A stretch of DNA of 64,000 bases from Candidatus Nomurabacteria bacterium RIFCSPHIGHO2_01_FULL_40_20 (GCA_001786835.1 MFTO01000013.1:1002-65001), one strand, 5' to 3'. Counted from the stretch's first letter, positions 1-9,248 are shown. The notes: generated by a model from the letters alone, not told the origin. Program-made: numbers and translations.

Positions 1-1192
1 AGGTAGTATAATTTTTACAAGTATAGCACTCGCAATTTTTTTCAATTGGTGAATGGTCGCTTTTATATTTTGCGTTGGAAATATTTATTTTCCCTTCTTT
101 AGTATAGAGCGTGCCGTTTCGCGCATTTCTGGTCGGCGCGACACAGTCAAATAAATCTACGCCGTTTTCAACTCCCATAAATAAATCTTCCGGTTCACCG
201 ATACCGAGCAAATGCCGTGGTTTCCCTTCTGGCAATGTTTCATTTACCCACTTTACTGCCGTAGACATATCTTCTTTTGCAAAACTTCCGCCGATTCCGA
301 AGCCATCAAAGTCTAAACTTCCGACAAATTCCGCAGACTTTTTTCGCAACCTCTCATTTCTTCCACCTTGCACGATGCCAAAGAGCATCGGAGCAAAATT
401 TTCTATACGGGGTGTCTCGCAGGCGGACGCGCCGAGAGGCAGCGCTGGTTCAGTAGAACCAGACAGCGACCCCGCAGAGAAATATTTTGCTCCGATGCTT
501 AATCTTTGATGTTCCATTAAACTACGTTCTGCCCAACGGTGTGTGCGTTCAAGCGCTTCTTCTTGATAACGCAAATCCTCCGCCGGAGAAGTGCATTCAT
601 CAAAAGCGAAAATAATATCTGCGCCCAAATTGTGCTGAATTTCAATTGATTTCTCCGGCGTGATGTAGTGCAAAGTGCCGTCTAGGTGTGACTTAAAAGA
701 AACGCCATCCGCGCCAATTTTTGCAAGCCGAGGGGCGTCAGAATCATCAAACCCCGAACCAAAGCCCTTGGCTTGGTACGGGGCAGGCCTCTCTGAAATT
801 GATTTTTCTATTTCTGCTGTTTTCATTATTTTAGAAATACCTGCCCCGTAGGAAGCTTGCTTTCCTTCGGGGTCTTTGCCAAAAGCGACACCTAAAGAAA
901 AAACTTGGAACCCTCCGGAGTCGGTCATGGTAGGACCCTGCCAATTCATAAACTTTCCCAAACCTCCAGCGTCCCGCACGATTTCGTCTCCCGGTTGTAA
1001 ATACAAATGATAAGTATTGCCGAGCACGACTTCTGCGCCCAACTCCGCCACTTGCTCCGGGATGAGAGCTTTGACTGTCGCCTTTGTCCCTACCGGCACA
1101 AAAGCCGGAGTCAAAATCACCCCATGCAGAGTTTCCAGCACACCCGCCCTACCTAGGAATCCCTTTAATTTTTTTTCAATCTTAAACTGCAT
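1..1192 (-). CDS. tgt: Queuine tRNA-ribosyltransferase (tRNA-guanine transglycosylase), 3'-partial. The start ATG is at 1190-1192 and the C-terminus runs off the window start. It is not in the ORF track because it is truncated.
   Basis: Manual reverse translation gives MQFKIEKKLKGFLGRAGVLETLHGVILTPAFVPVGTKATVKAL...LGNTYHLYLQPG...IFAFDECTS...GIVQGG...DLFDCVAPTRNARNG, which are TGT hallmarks. Confidence 0.85.
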   Translation of the reverse strand, partial: MQFKIEKKLKGFLGRAGVLETLHGVILTPAFVPVGTKATVKALIPEQVAELGAEVVLGNTYHLYLQPGDEIVRDAGGLGKFMNWQGPTMTDSGGFQVFSLGVAFGKDPEGKQASYGAGISKIMKTAEIEKSISERPAPYQAKGFGSGFDDSDAPRLAKIGADGVSFKSHLDGTLHYITPEKSIEIQHNLGADIIFAFDECTSPAEDLRYQEEALERTHRWAERSLMEHQRLSIGAKYFSAGSLSGSTEPALPLGASACETPRIENFAPMLFGIVQGGRNERLRKKSAEFVGSLDFDGFGIGGSFAKEDMSTAVKWVNETLPEGKPRHLLGIGEPEDLFMGVENGVDLFDCVAPTRNARNGTLYTKEGKINISNAKYKSDHSPIEKNCECYTCKNYTT

Positions 1193-1380
1193 CCCAGTAC
1201 TAAAATTTTTAGTTTTTATTCATAATGGTTATTTATTTTAATAAAAAATTTAGTACGGGACAAGTTTTATAAGCTTTTTTATGACTGTGGATAACTTTGA
1301 CTTTTACTTAGCATTTGGTATAATAGACATATTAGGCCTTCGGGCTCCGAGGACCCCCACGAAAGTGGGGGTCCGATTCG

Positions 1381-1767
1381 TTATAGTTGATTTTTAAACT
1401 TTATAATAATTTTTTTAAATGTTTCTTCGGGTAAACGATCTATCTTTCGAATCAATCTTTTTGCACTAAGAATTCTGGATTGTGACAAAATAACATAAGA
1501 TTCATTTCCTTCACCATAAAGTATCTTAAAATAAAATTTATTGCTTTTAGGTTTTGACGTAAGAGGAACAACCCAAAGCATCTCTTTATTGAAAACTTTC
1601 AAAATAAGTACCGGCCGTTCGTAGTTTTCATTTTTCCCATCAATCTCTACGCCGATATTAATTCCCAATGAGCACCACCACACTTCACGCGTGTTCGAAA
1701 AAGGAATTGAAACCCTATCATGTAAACGTTTTTTATCTTCATTCCAATTATCAAAATCTTTATTCAT
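1381..1767 (-). CDS. PemK/MazF-like endoribonuclease toxin (type II TA toxin candidate)
   Basis: The segment WWCSLGINIGVEIDGKNENYERPVLILKVFNKEMLWVVPLTSKPK...YVILSQSRILSAKRLIRKIDRLPEETFKKI follows the MazF/Kid pattern (W..., RPvlvl, vvPlTs, ...q.R.i...Rl..ig.l....f..i). Confidence 0.5.
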   Translation of the reverse strand: MNKDFDNWNEDKKRLHDRVSIPFSNTREVWWCSLGINIGVEIDGKNENYERPVLILKVFNKEMLWVVPLTSKPKSNKFYFKILYGEGNESYVILSQSRILSAKRLIRKIDRLPEETFKKIIIKFKNQL

Positions 1768-1822
1768 AAATTATTTTTTAAATTACTGCAAGAATGGTTC
1801 CCATAATCTACTCGTAATCTAA

Positions 1823-2149
1823 TTAAAATTTTTGATAAATCTCAAGTCGTTGTTTTATTGACTTGAGTATATTTTTCAAAAATTCAGAAAGCTTTGGATC
1901 AGTATCATCACTTGGAGCTTCTTTTAATTTATACCCCAAAACTTTTGCCATATATTCTCCAGCTGTATTTTTATCAATTATAAATTCTTTATGCAAATCT
2001 GAATGAGTAGTATTTTGTAGTTTACCAAGACTTTGGGTTGCTACGGCATCACTAAATACTTTTGCTTCAGCATCTTCACTGAAGTCACTTCCCCATTCTT
2101 TTGAAAAAGCTAATGCTCGATTTTTAATTTCATTTGGGCTAAGTAACAT
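1823..2149 (-). CDS. Hypothetical acidic protein upstream of the MazF-like gene; possible cognate antitoxin, unproven
   Basis: A 108-aa ORF sits 55 nt upstream on the same strand as the toxin-like gene. I see no recognisable antitoxin fold motif. Confidence 0.3.
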   Translation of the reverse strand: MLLSPNEIKNRALAFSKEWGSDFSEDAEAKVFSDAVATQSLGKLQNTTHSDLHKEFIIDKNTAGEYMAKVLGYKLKEAPSDDTDPKLSEFLKNILKSIKQRLEIYQKF

Positions 2150-2161
2150 AGAATTATTATA

Positions 2162-2953
2162 TTATATTTCCACCTCCACAAATTTTAATTCTTGGATATT
2201 AACCGGACTTACGAGTAAAACTTTTACAAAAGAATCCCTCGGGTCTGAAATCACGGCTTCTACTTTTGCGAGTGTGTAAGGCGCGATACCCGGCAGAACT
2301 GCTTCCATTCCCGGAGAGACGACAAAATCCCTCGGAAGACTAATCTCAAAATTACCCCCGCCTCGACCGATTATTTCTGTAAAAACATTACCATCTCCCA
2401 AAACAACCTCAGTCTTTATTTTAGGTGAAGAAAATAAAATTACTTTCGAAGAACCAGAGTTAACTGATTCAATGCGACCCAAGGGAACATCCCCTTCTGC
2501 AAAGACTAAATCTCCCACTAAAACCCCATTTTTCTCTCCCGCGTCAATAACCAAAGTGTCATACAATGATTTAGGTGGTTTTGATAAAATACTCGCTAAA
2601 ACTAAATCTCTCTCCTCTCCCCCCCTACCTAGAATTTCTTTCATTCCAACGTTCTCTCCCAAAAGAGAATTATAGTTTGAGAGCGTAGCAGTATTTTCAT
2701 TCAACCTTTCCCTTAGACTCTCATTTTCTAGATAAAGATTTTTCTTTGATTTAAAATACGCCCCGATATTTCCAAACTTCTCTCCGATACTATTGCCCAA
2801 AACTAAAACCGGTTTAAAAACAGCATGTGAGACAAAAGAGAGCCCGCTAAAAATATTGCTCCCAAAATAAATCAAAAAAAGCAAAATTATTACAACAAGG
2901 ACTATCTTCTCTATTTTCTTTCTTTTTATTTTTCTATTTTGGAGGTAATTCAT
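2162..2953 (-). CDS. mreC: Rod shape-determining protein MreC
   Basis: It has an N-terminal TM helix, a coiled-coil segment and a C-terminal beta domain, and lies immediately downstream of mreB with a 20-nt overlap. Confidence 0.7.
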   Translation of the reverse strand: MNYLQNRKIKRKKIEKIVLVVIILLFLIYFGSNIFSGLSFVSHAVFKPVLVLGNSIGEKFGNIGAYFKSKKNLYLENESLRERLNENTATLSNYNSLLGENVGMKEILGRGGEERDLVLASILSKPPKSLYDTLVIDAGEKNGVLVGDLVFAEGDVPLGRIESVNSGSSKVILFSSPKIKTEVVLGDGNVFTEIIGRGGGNFEISLPRDFVVSPGMEAVLPGIAPYTLAKVEAVISDPRDSFVKVLLVSPVNIQELKFVEVEI

Positions 2954-3980
2954 CTTGATTCCCGATCAAAATTTCTTGGTAAAACAAAATATCGTCTAAG
3001 ATAATGCCGGCGCCTCGCGCAACTGCGGTAAGAGGGTCATCAACCACATACACAGGGATTTTGAGCACATTTTGGAGGAGCTTATCTAGTCCAGAGAGAA
3101 GGGCGCCTCCACCTGTGAGCACAATGCCTCGATGCATAATGTCGGAAAGTATTTCAGGAGGCGTCGTCTCAAGCACATCTTTAACTCCTTCAATCAATTC
3201 TCTGACTGAAGATAAAATGGCTTCACGAACATCAGAATCAGTAACTATTACTTCGCGAGGCAATCCTGTAAGTAAATCGCGTCCGCGCACTTCTGTCTCC
3301 ATGTATTCACCCGGTAATACCGAACCAATATTTATTTTCACCATTTCAGCCGTAGTCTCGCCGATTAAAATTTTAAATTCGTCACGCATATAAGTGATGA
3401 TATCGTTGTTTAATTTATCGCCGGCTATTTTTATATTTTTTGACTTCACAATGCCTGAAAGTGATATCACGGCAATATCAGTCGTGCCACCACCGATGTC
3501 TATAATCATAGAGCCCACCGCTTCCTTGATAGGTAGACGCACCCCGATTGCGGCCGCCATCGGTTCTTCCACTAAATACACATCTCTCGCGCCTGCGGAG
3601 CGAGCCGCATCATACACTGCGCGAGTCTCCACATTCGTGCTCCCCGATGGCACCCCCACCACTACTCTGGGACGCCCGAGTTTTTTGGATAACTTGTCCG
3701 CTTTATTTATGAGATACGTTAACATCTCTTCGGTCACTTCAAAATCAGATATCACGCCATCTACCAACGGACGCACTGCTTTGATATGCCCCGGGGTCCG
3801 GCCAAGCATCTCTTTGGCTTTAGCGCCGACCGCGAGCACTTGATTGGTCTTGATGTTTACCGCCACCACCGACGGCTCGTTTATCACAATGCCATGCCCT
3901 TTCAAATACACAAGGGTGTTTGACGTGCCCAAGTCTATACCTATGTCGTTTGAAATGTATTTATAAAAATTTTTAAACAT
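2934..3980 (-). CDS. mreB: Rod shape-determining protein MreB (actin homologue)
   Basis: The sequence contains IGIDLGTSNTLVY...VVNEPSVVA...IDIGGGTTDIAVIS...VLTGGGALL, the actin-fold phosphate motifs. Confidence 0.95.
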   Translation of the reverse strand: MFKNFYKYISNDIGIDLGTSNTLVYLKGHGIVINEPSVVAVNIKTNQVLAVGAKAKEMLGRTPGHIKAVRPLVDGVISDFEVTEEMLTYLINKADKLSKKLGRPRVVVGVPSGSTNVETRAVYDAARSAGARDVYLVEEPMAAAIGVRLPIKEAVGSMIIDIGGGTTDIAVISLSGIVKSKNIKIAGDKLNNDIITYMRDEFKILIGETTAEMVKINIGSVLPGEYMETEVRGRDLLTGLPREVIVTDSDVREAILSSVRELIEGVKDVLETTPPEILSDIMHRGIVLTGGGALLSGLDKLLQNVLKIPVYVVDDPLTAVARGAGIILDDILFYQEILIGNQDELPPK

Positions 3981-4000
3981 TATGAATTAGTTTCTAGGTT

Positions 4001-5281
4001 CTAGTGACTAGGTTTTAGTAAATTTATTAATTCTTCTTTTGAAATAATTTTGCCTTTTTCTTCGGTGCGCGCCTTTATCTCTATCCCGTTTTCTTTAAGA
4101 CTTCTCGCGGACACCACCCCCCGGAGTGGCATACCAAGCAAATCCGCATCCGCAAATTTCTCTCCGGCGGAAATTTCTTTACGGTCATCAAATAAAACTT
4201 CAATATTTTTTTTCTGCAAATCCTCATAAAGCTCATCTGCGTATTTTTGCACTTCCTCATCTTCCCCTAAGGAAAGTAAATGCAACGCAAAAGGCGCGAT
4301 TGCCTCCGGCCAGATGATGCCTTTATCGTCGGAGAGCGCTTCCACCACGGTGCCCATCAGACGCCCCGGTCCGATACCGTATGAACCCATAAATACCGGC
4401 TTTCTTTCTCCATCCTCTGTCTGATAAGACAAATCTAGTGCGTCAGAAAATCTAGTGCCTAATGTAAATATATTACCCACTTCTACAGATTTATTTTCAA
4501 CCAATTTTTCTTTCGATAAACCTAAGTTCTTTATTACTTCATCGTTGTAAACTTCTTTGTTGATTGCAATACCTTTATCCTCATCTACATAAATAGTGTC
4601 TTCACCCGCAGAAGTAATTGTCTGAAATTCGTGAGAGAATTTTGAAAACATCCCACCGGAAGCAAAAGTAAGATAGGTTAAATGCCCAATGCCGGTTCTT
4701 TTAAAAATATTTTTATACGCTTCTGTCACTTTTCCATAAAACTCCAAGTGTTCTTTCTCGTCTTTTGCAAAGGAATACAAGTCCTTCATCACAAATTCGC
4801 GAGTACGGATAATGCCAGACTTTGCCCGTATTTCATTTCTGAATTTAGTTTGAAATTGATACACAGAAGATGGCAGGTCACGATATGAATTCAAGAAACC
4901 TTTAAACATTTTCGTTATTGGAGCTTCGTGGGTAATAGCCAATCCAAGCTCGGTATCGTTTTTTAATTTTGTCTTAAACCAAACATCAACCTCCTTATCA
5001 TCCCATTGGTTCGTCGGCTCCCAAGTTTCCCTCTCTTGGAGAGAAGACATAAATATTTCTTGCCCTCCAATTTTATTCATCTCCTCTCGGATAATGTTTT
5101 CAATCTTTTTTATTATCCGAAGTCCAAGGGGGAGATAGTCGTATATCCCCGCCATTTCCTTATGAATAAATCCCCCCCGAATCAGAAGTTCGGCGTTTTT
5201 GGACACTTCGTCTGCGGGCGCTTCTTTCCTAGTTTTGGTGAAAAGTTTAGTTTGTCGCATGCCATTAGTCATACTTGCCAT
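4001..5281 (-). CDS. proS: Prolyl-tRNA synthetase, short bacterial-type form without an INS editing domain
   Basis: The N-terminus QTKLFTKTRKEAPADEVSKNAELLIRGGFI matches bacterial ProRS, class II motifs are present, and the protein is 426 aa. Confidence 0.9.
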   Translation of the reverse strand: MASMTNGMRQTKLFTKTRKEAPADEVSKNAELLIRGGFIHKEMAGIYDYLPLGLRIIKKIENIIREEMNKIGGQEIFMSSLQERETWEPTNQWDDKEVDVWFKTKLKNDTELGLAITHEAPITKMFKGFLNSYRDLPSSVYQFQTKFRNEIRAKSGIIRTREFVMKDLYSFAKDEKEHLEFYGKVTEAYKNIFKRTGIGHLTYLTFASGGMFSKFSHEFQTITSAGEDTIYVDEDKGIAINKEVYNDEVIKNLGLSKEKLVENKSVEVGNIFTLGTRFSDALDLSYQTEDGERKPVFMGSYGIGPGRLMGTVVEALSDDKGIIWPEAIAPFALHLLSLGEDEEVQKYADELYEDLQKKNIEVLFDDRKEISAGEKFADADLLGMPLRGVVSARSLKENGIEIKARTEEKGKIISKEELINLLKPSH

Positions 5282-5375
5282 ACTAACCTAAAAAGGCGCC
5301 TTTAGCAAAGAGCCCTATGGCTAAAGAGCCATATAAAGGTTGCAAAAGCGCTCTCTTTCTGCTAGAATTGTATTC

Positions 5376-6104
5376 ATGCAAAAAACACCAATTACAAAGG
5401 ATTCGGCAGACACAAGCATTGAAAAAATGTTTGAGGCTGGAGCGCAGTATGGATATTCTAAAACTAGACGCCATCCATCAATCTCCCCTTTTATACACAC
5501 AACCAAAAACAGGACCGACATAATCGATTTGGAAAAAACAAGTCTTTTGACAGAGACGGCGATAGAGTTCGCCAAGAGTTTGGGCGCCCAAAAGAAAGTT
5601 CTTCTTTTTGTCGGCACCAAGCCGGAAGCCAAAGAAGCAGTCAAGGAGGTTACTCTATCCATCGGTATGCCCTACGTAACCGAACGCTGGATTGGAGGCA
5701 CGCTTTCTAATTTTTCTGAAATAAAAAAGAGAATTACCGAGCTTGAAAACTATCAAAAAGAAAACAAAGAGGGCGGACTTGAAAAATACACCAAAAAAGA
5801 ACGTTTAGTTTTATCAAAAAAAATGGAGAGACTCGCTAGGTATTACACTGGTCTCTTGGGGCTCAAAAAATTACCGGATGCCCTCTTTATAGTGGACGCC
5901 AAGGCAGAACACATAGCAGAAAGGGAGGCGAGGGGTATGGGTATTCCTGTTATTGCTCTTATCAATTCAGATTCTAATATAAAAAATATAAATTATCCTA
6001 TTGTGGGAAACGATGGAGCAGTGCCGTCCGTCCGTCTCTTTACTAAAGCAATTGCGGATGCATATAAAAAGGGAGGAGAGTCACTACCTGAAAAAGTTTC
6101 CTAA
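5376..6104 (+). CDS. rpsB: 30S ribosomal protein S2. The track ORF begins at 5340, but a promoter at 5340-5368 indicates a leaderless start at ATG 5376.
   Basis: S2 motifs are present (MFEAGAQYGYSKTRRHPSISPFI, LLFVGTKPEAKEAV, VTERWIGGTLSNF). A -35 TTGCAA (5340-5345) and -10 TAGAAT (5363-5368) sit 7 nt before ATG 5376. Confidence 0.9.
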   Translation: MQKTPITKDSADTSIEKMFEAGAQYGYSKTRRHPSISPFIHTTKNRTDIIDLEKTSLLTETAIEFAKSLGAQKKVLLFVGTKPEAKEAVKEVTLSIGMPYVTERWIGGTLSNFSEIKKRITELENYQKENKEGGLEKYTKKERLVLSKKMERLARYYTGLLGLKKLPDALFIVDAKAEHIAEREARGMGIPVIALINSDSNIKNINYPIVGNDGAVPSVRLFTKAIADAYKKGGESLPEKVS

Positions 6105-6111
6105 ATAAAAT

Positions 6112-6891
6112 ATGTCAGTCAACGTCACAACAGAGTTGGTCAAAGAACTCCGCGATGCGACTGGAATTTCGGTGATGCAATGCAGACGCGCGCTCATTGA
6201 GGCAGAGGGCGATATGAAAAAGGCGCTTGCGATATTAAAAAAAACAAGCTCCGATATTGCTCTAAAAAAAGCTGACCGAGTGGCAACGGACGGAGCTGTG
6301 ATGATAAAAACAAACGGCGCAAAAACTGTTCTTCTTGCTCTCCACTGTGAGACAGACTTCGTATCAAGAAATGAAGATTTCACTAACCTACTTTCTAGCC
6401 TTATAGATTTAGCGCTCACAAAAGGAATAGAGGAAATGAAGAAAGTAGCCAAAGATATGATAGACTCGGTAATCCAAAAAACCGGTGAAAAGATAGAGTT
6501 AGGCGAGGTATACGAAATCAGGGGTGAGGTTGTGGGTAGCTATGTGCACAACAATAAAATAGGAATCATCGTGTCACTCGTAGGTGGAAACCAAGAACTT
6601 GCCAAAGATATTGCCATGCACGTAGCCGCCATGAAGCCAGAATACATCACGGATAACGATATAAACGAAGAGACAAAAAAAACAATGACAGAGATATTTG
6701 AAAAGGAAGTAGCGAAAATAGACAAGCCCGAAGAAATAAAAAAGAAAATGCTGGAGGGTAAAATCAATACTTATTTTAAAGAAAAAACTCTAAAGAGTCA
6801 GCCATTCATAAAGAATCCTGATGAAACCGTAGGTCAACTGCTGGAGAGAAACAAAGCAAAGATAATAGAGGTCAAACGATACTTTATCTAA
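6112..6891 (+). CDS. tsf: Elongation factor Ts
   Basis: The N-terminal UBA-like segment LVKELRDATGISVMQCRRALIEAEGDMKKAL is present, and the gene is in the conserved rpsB-tsf arrangement. Confidence 0.9.
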   Translation: MSVNVTTELVKELRDATGISVMQCRRALIEAEGDMKKALAILKKTSSDIALKKADRVATDGAVMIKTNGAKTVLLALHCETDFVSRNEDFTNLLSSLIDLALTKGIEEMKKVAKDMIDSVIQKTGEKIELGEVYEIRGEVVGSYVHNNKIGIIVSLVGGNQELAKDIAMHVAAMKPEYITDNDINEETKKTMTEIFEKEVAKIDKPEEIKKKMLEGKINTYFKEKTLKSQPFIKNPDETVGQLLERNKAKIIEVKRYFI

Positions 6892-6903
6892 AAAGATATG
6901 AAT

Positions 6904-6986
6904 CCCGTTAGAAATCTTATATGTTGAAACTTTTAATTAAAATTAATATAACTACGGAAATGCAAAGCATTTCCTATTTCTAACGA
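6904..6986. repeat. Short element with 12-bp inverted termini CCCGTTAGAAAT...ATTTCTAACGAG abutting the ATG of the 6988 gene; it contains an internal perfect hairpin GGAAATGC-AAA-GCATTTCC
   Basis: The same termini recur at 20039-20100. Confidence 0.7.
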
Positions 6987-6987
6987 G

Positions 6988-7389
6988 ATGAATATATTTT
7001 TAATTTTATTTTTAATATCACTCGGAGGCATCGTCTTTATGATTTCTCGAAAAATGATTCTCTTTAAAAGAGGCACTGTGACGGCAAGTGGAGAATTTCC
7101 TTTTAAGACTCCGGAAATGGAAGAAATAAAATACATTATTGTAAAAAAAATAAAAAACTACGGATACGCCATTCTAATTTCAACTCTGCGTTTTTCGATA
7201 AAATCAACCCACTTCGCAAAGACAAAAAGCAAAGATTTAATAGAAAAAATTAAAACAAAATTTTATAAAAATGAAAAAGTAAATGAAGAGGTGAAAGAGG
7301 TCTCAAAATTCTTAAAAAGCGTGTCTGAATACAAAAATAAAATAAAAAAGATAAAGAGTAGAATAAAAGAAGAAGAGGGTATAGAATAG
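6988..7389 (+). CDS. Hypothetical membrane-anchored, Lys-rich protein
   Basis: It has an N-terminal hydrophobic helix followed by a K/E-rich low-complexity tail, and no recognisable domain. Confidence 0.35.
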   Translation: MNIFLILFLISLGGIVFMISRKMILFKRGTVTASGEFPFKTPEMEEIKYIIVKKIKNYGYAILISTLRFSIKSTHFAKTKSKDLIEKIKTKFYKNEKVNEEVKEVSKFLKSVSEYKNKIKKIKSRIKEEEGIE

Positions 7390-7400
7390 AAAAAAATACT

Positions 7401-7473
7401 GCCGGGGTAGCTCAACGGTTGAGCAACTGTTTTGTAAACAGTAGGTTGGAGGTTCAAATCCTCTCCCCGGCTC
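7401..7473 (+). tRNA. tRNA-Thr (anticodon UGU)
   Basis: A cloverleaf was folded by hand: acceptor GCCGGGG/CCCCGGC, D-stem GCTC/GAGC, anticodon stem ACTGT/ACAGT with loop TTTGTAA, T-arm GGAGG-TTCAAAT-CCTCT, discriminator T. Confidence 0.9.
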
Positions 7474-7521
7474 AAAAAAATTGACATAAACGTCCCTTTG
7501 TTTTAGAGTTACATTGAAGTA

Positions 7522-7998
7522 ATGTTGCTTCGAAAAATTAATAAAATTCTATACATCATGGAAAATTACACCGATTTAGATGTTAATAGAGTTATTGCCG
7601 ACCTTGAAGTACTTTCAGCAGAAATGAGTGCTCGCACTGGTGGACTTCTCCGTATGTTCTTAATTTCCTACAAAAATATCGAGAAACGTAAAATGAAAGA
7701 TGTGCCAAATGAGAACATAGTTGAAGCCAGTTTTGGAATGTCTTCCCAGCACATGTTTTTTTTCGCAATGAAGGAGAAAAGGTGTTTCATCAGCCAGCAC
7801 GGAGTTTTTAAGAAGGAAGGAGCAAGCGTCTTTGACCTGCCATCTGGTTCATCTTACTCGGATGAATCATGGAACAAAGCGATCGCGGTTTTCGGGGGTG
7901 CCGCTACATGCTTTGTAGAAGCGATAGAGAGTAGTAAGAGTCTCAAGGAGCTCGAATATAAGTTATTTTTTTCCACCACTCCTACACAAATAACTTAA
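7522..7998 (+). CDS. Hypothetical protein
   Basis: A 158-aa ORF is preceded by a TTGACA-17-TAGAGT promoter at about 7483-7511. I see no domain. Confidence 0.4.
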   Translation: MLLRKINKILYIMENYTDLDVNRVIADLEVLSAEMSARTGGLLRMFLISYKNIEKRKMKDVPNENIVEASFGMSSQHMFFFAMKEKRCFISQHGVFKKEGASVFDLPSGSSYSDESWNKAIAVFGGAATCFVEAIESSKSLKELEYKLFFSTTPTQIT

Positions 7999-8010
7999 AA
8001 ACTCAACACC

Positions 8011-8301
8011 ATGCTTGCGTACGTTTTAGAATTTTACCGTGAAATACGAGGCTATACCCGTTTTGAGCTGGAAGGGCTTACGGGAATTCCGGCCCACGTA
8101 ATTTCTGAATTTGAAAGTGGCAAGATATTGCCAGATACTGCTCAACTAGAAGCACTCGGTAAAGTGTTTCGAGTGCCCAGCGACTTGCTACTTCGCATGG
8201 CTAAGAACGAAGAAATAGAGGGAGAGATCTTAGAGGGTGATTCTATTCTTATTGAACATGTCTTTAGATCGTATATGAAAATGAAGATAAAAGGAGAGTA
8301 A
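8011..8301 (+). CDS. XRE-family helix-turn-helix DNA-binding protein
   Basis: The segment IRGYTRFELEGLTGIPAHVISEFESGKILPDTAQLEALGKVFRVPSDLL is an HTH_XRE pattern. A rho-independent terminator (AAGCCG...CGGCTT followed by T7) lies at about 8361-8395. Confidence 0.6.
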   Translation: MLAYVLEFYREIRGYTRFELEGLTGIPAHVISEFESGKILPDTAQLEALGKVFRVPSDLLLRMAKNEEIEGEILEGDSILIEHVFRSYMKMKIKGE

Positions 8302-8487
8302 ATGCGAGGAGATGCTTCAGGGAGAGGATTCTCATCGTTTAAGAATTAAGTAACTGCGGGTTTTTGCTAAGCCGTCCAACTGGTCGGCTTTTTTTATATC
8401 TAAAACTTACTTTGAAAATAAAAACCCCTCCGAACCATTGCTGGCCGAAGGGATCTCGCTGTGCTTGGCAGGCGCTAGAAAGTGGAT

Positions 8488-8622
8488 TACATCTTCTTTG
8501 TGTTTTTGTGTTCTGGCCCTTTATGAAAGAGCAAAATCGCTGAACAGACAGCGCTCAAAAACATGCAGAAAAAAGCGCCATACATTCCCCAGCTAAAATA
8601 GCTCTCAATGATAAATTGAATC
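8488..8622 (-). CDS. Possible 44-aa hydrophobic peptide; below the ORF-track threshold, found by hand
   Basis: It translates to MIQFIIESYFSWGMYGAFFCMFLSAVCSAILLFHKGPEHKNTKKM*. It is followed by copy 1 of the repeated 3' element. Confidence 0.2.
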
Positions 8623-8834
8623 ATACAATTATGTATTTAGAGTCAATGAAACAAATAGTATCTCTATTAAAATATTAGTCCTATTTAAAGGTTTTGTCAA
8701 AGACATCTAGACTTTTTGAGGTTTTCATGCTATAAATCTTAACAAGAACTTGACTCTTTGAAATTGGTTTTATTGGGTGAGCAGAGAAGACTTTTAGAAG
8801 CCTTTTGCGCTCACCTTTTTAATAAAACTTTAAT

Positions 8835-9191
8835 ATGAAAAAACATTTAGTTATTACCGCCAGTCTGGTTTTCTTTTCTAGCGTTATTTATTACTTTATC
8901 TCTTTATCCTTTAGGATAAGTCCAGAGTCAAAAGAGTTTTGGTTTGGTTTACTTGCTGTTATATTTGCGTCATCTGTTTTTCCCTTCTTAGCGATGTTTA
9001 GATCGTATTCTAAATCTGATGTCGTAATACCTAACATCCCTCTTTTGCTTTTGATGGGTTTCGTTACCGTTATAATACCTCATAGTGGATTACCAGATAT
9101 ACTAACGACAACTTGTATGGGAACAACGATCGCATTAATGGTTTCTGGCATTTACCTATCACGTTGGTGGTCAACAATGAACAAAATATAA
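8835..9191 (+). CDS. Hypothetical integral membrane protein (about 4 TM)
   Basis: Hydrophobic segments run throughout. A stable hairpin followed by a T-run at 8776-8821 sits 19 nt upstream of the ATG. Confidence 0.4.
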   Translation: MKKHLVITASLVFFSSVIYYFISLSFRISPESKEFWFGLLAVIFASSVFPFLAMFRSYSKSDVVIPNIPLLLLMGFVTVIIPHSGLPDILTTTCMGTTIALMVSGIYLSRWWSTMNKI

Positions 9192-9248
9192 CCTAACTTA
9201 CTCAACCTAGATTAAAATTTATTTTACAATCTAAAAATAAATATCGAA

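Noticed and set aside
111-509. Plus-strand ORF of 132 aa in the track
   Set aside because: It lies antisense within the clearly homologous tgt gene on the minus strand and has a low-complexity S/P-rich translation, so it is spurious.
5340-5375. Upstream extension of rpsB (track start 5340)
   Set aside because: The extension would begin inside or upstream of the gene's own -35/-10 promoter, and S2 homology begins at the 5376 Met.
7263-7487. Minus-strand 74-aa ORF
   Set aside because: It overlaps tRNA-Thr and the Lys-rich gene's 3' end and is an antisense artefact.
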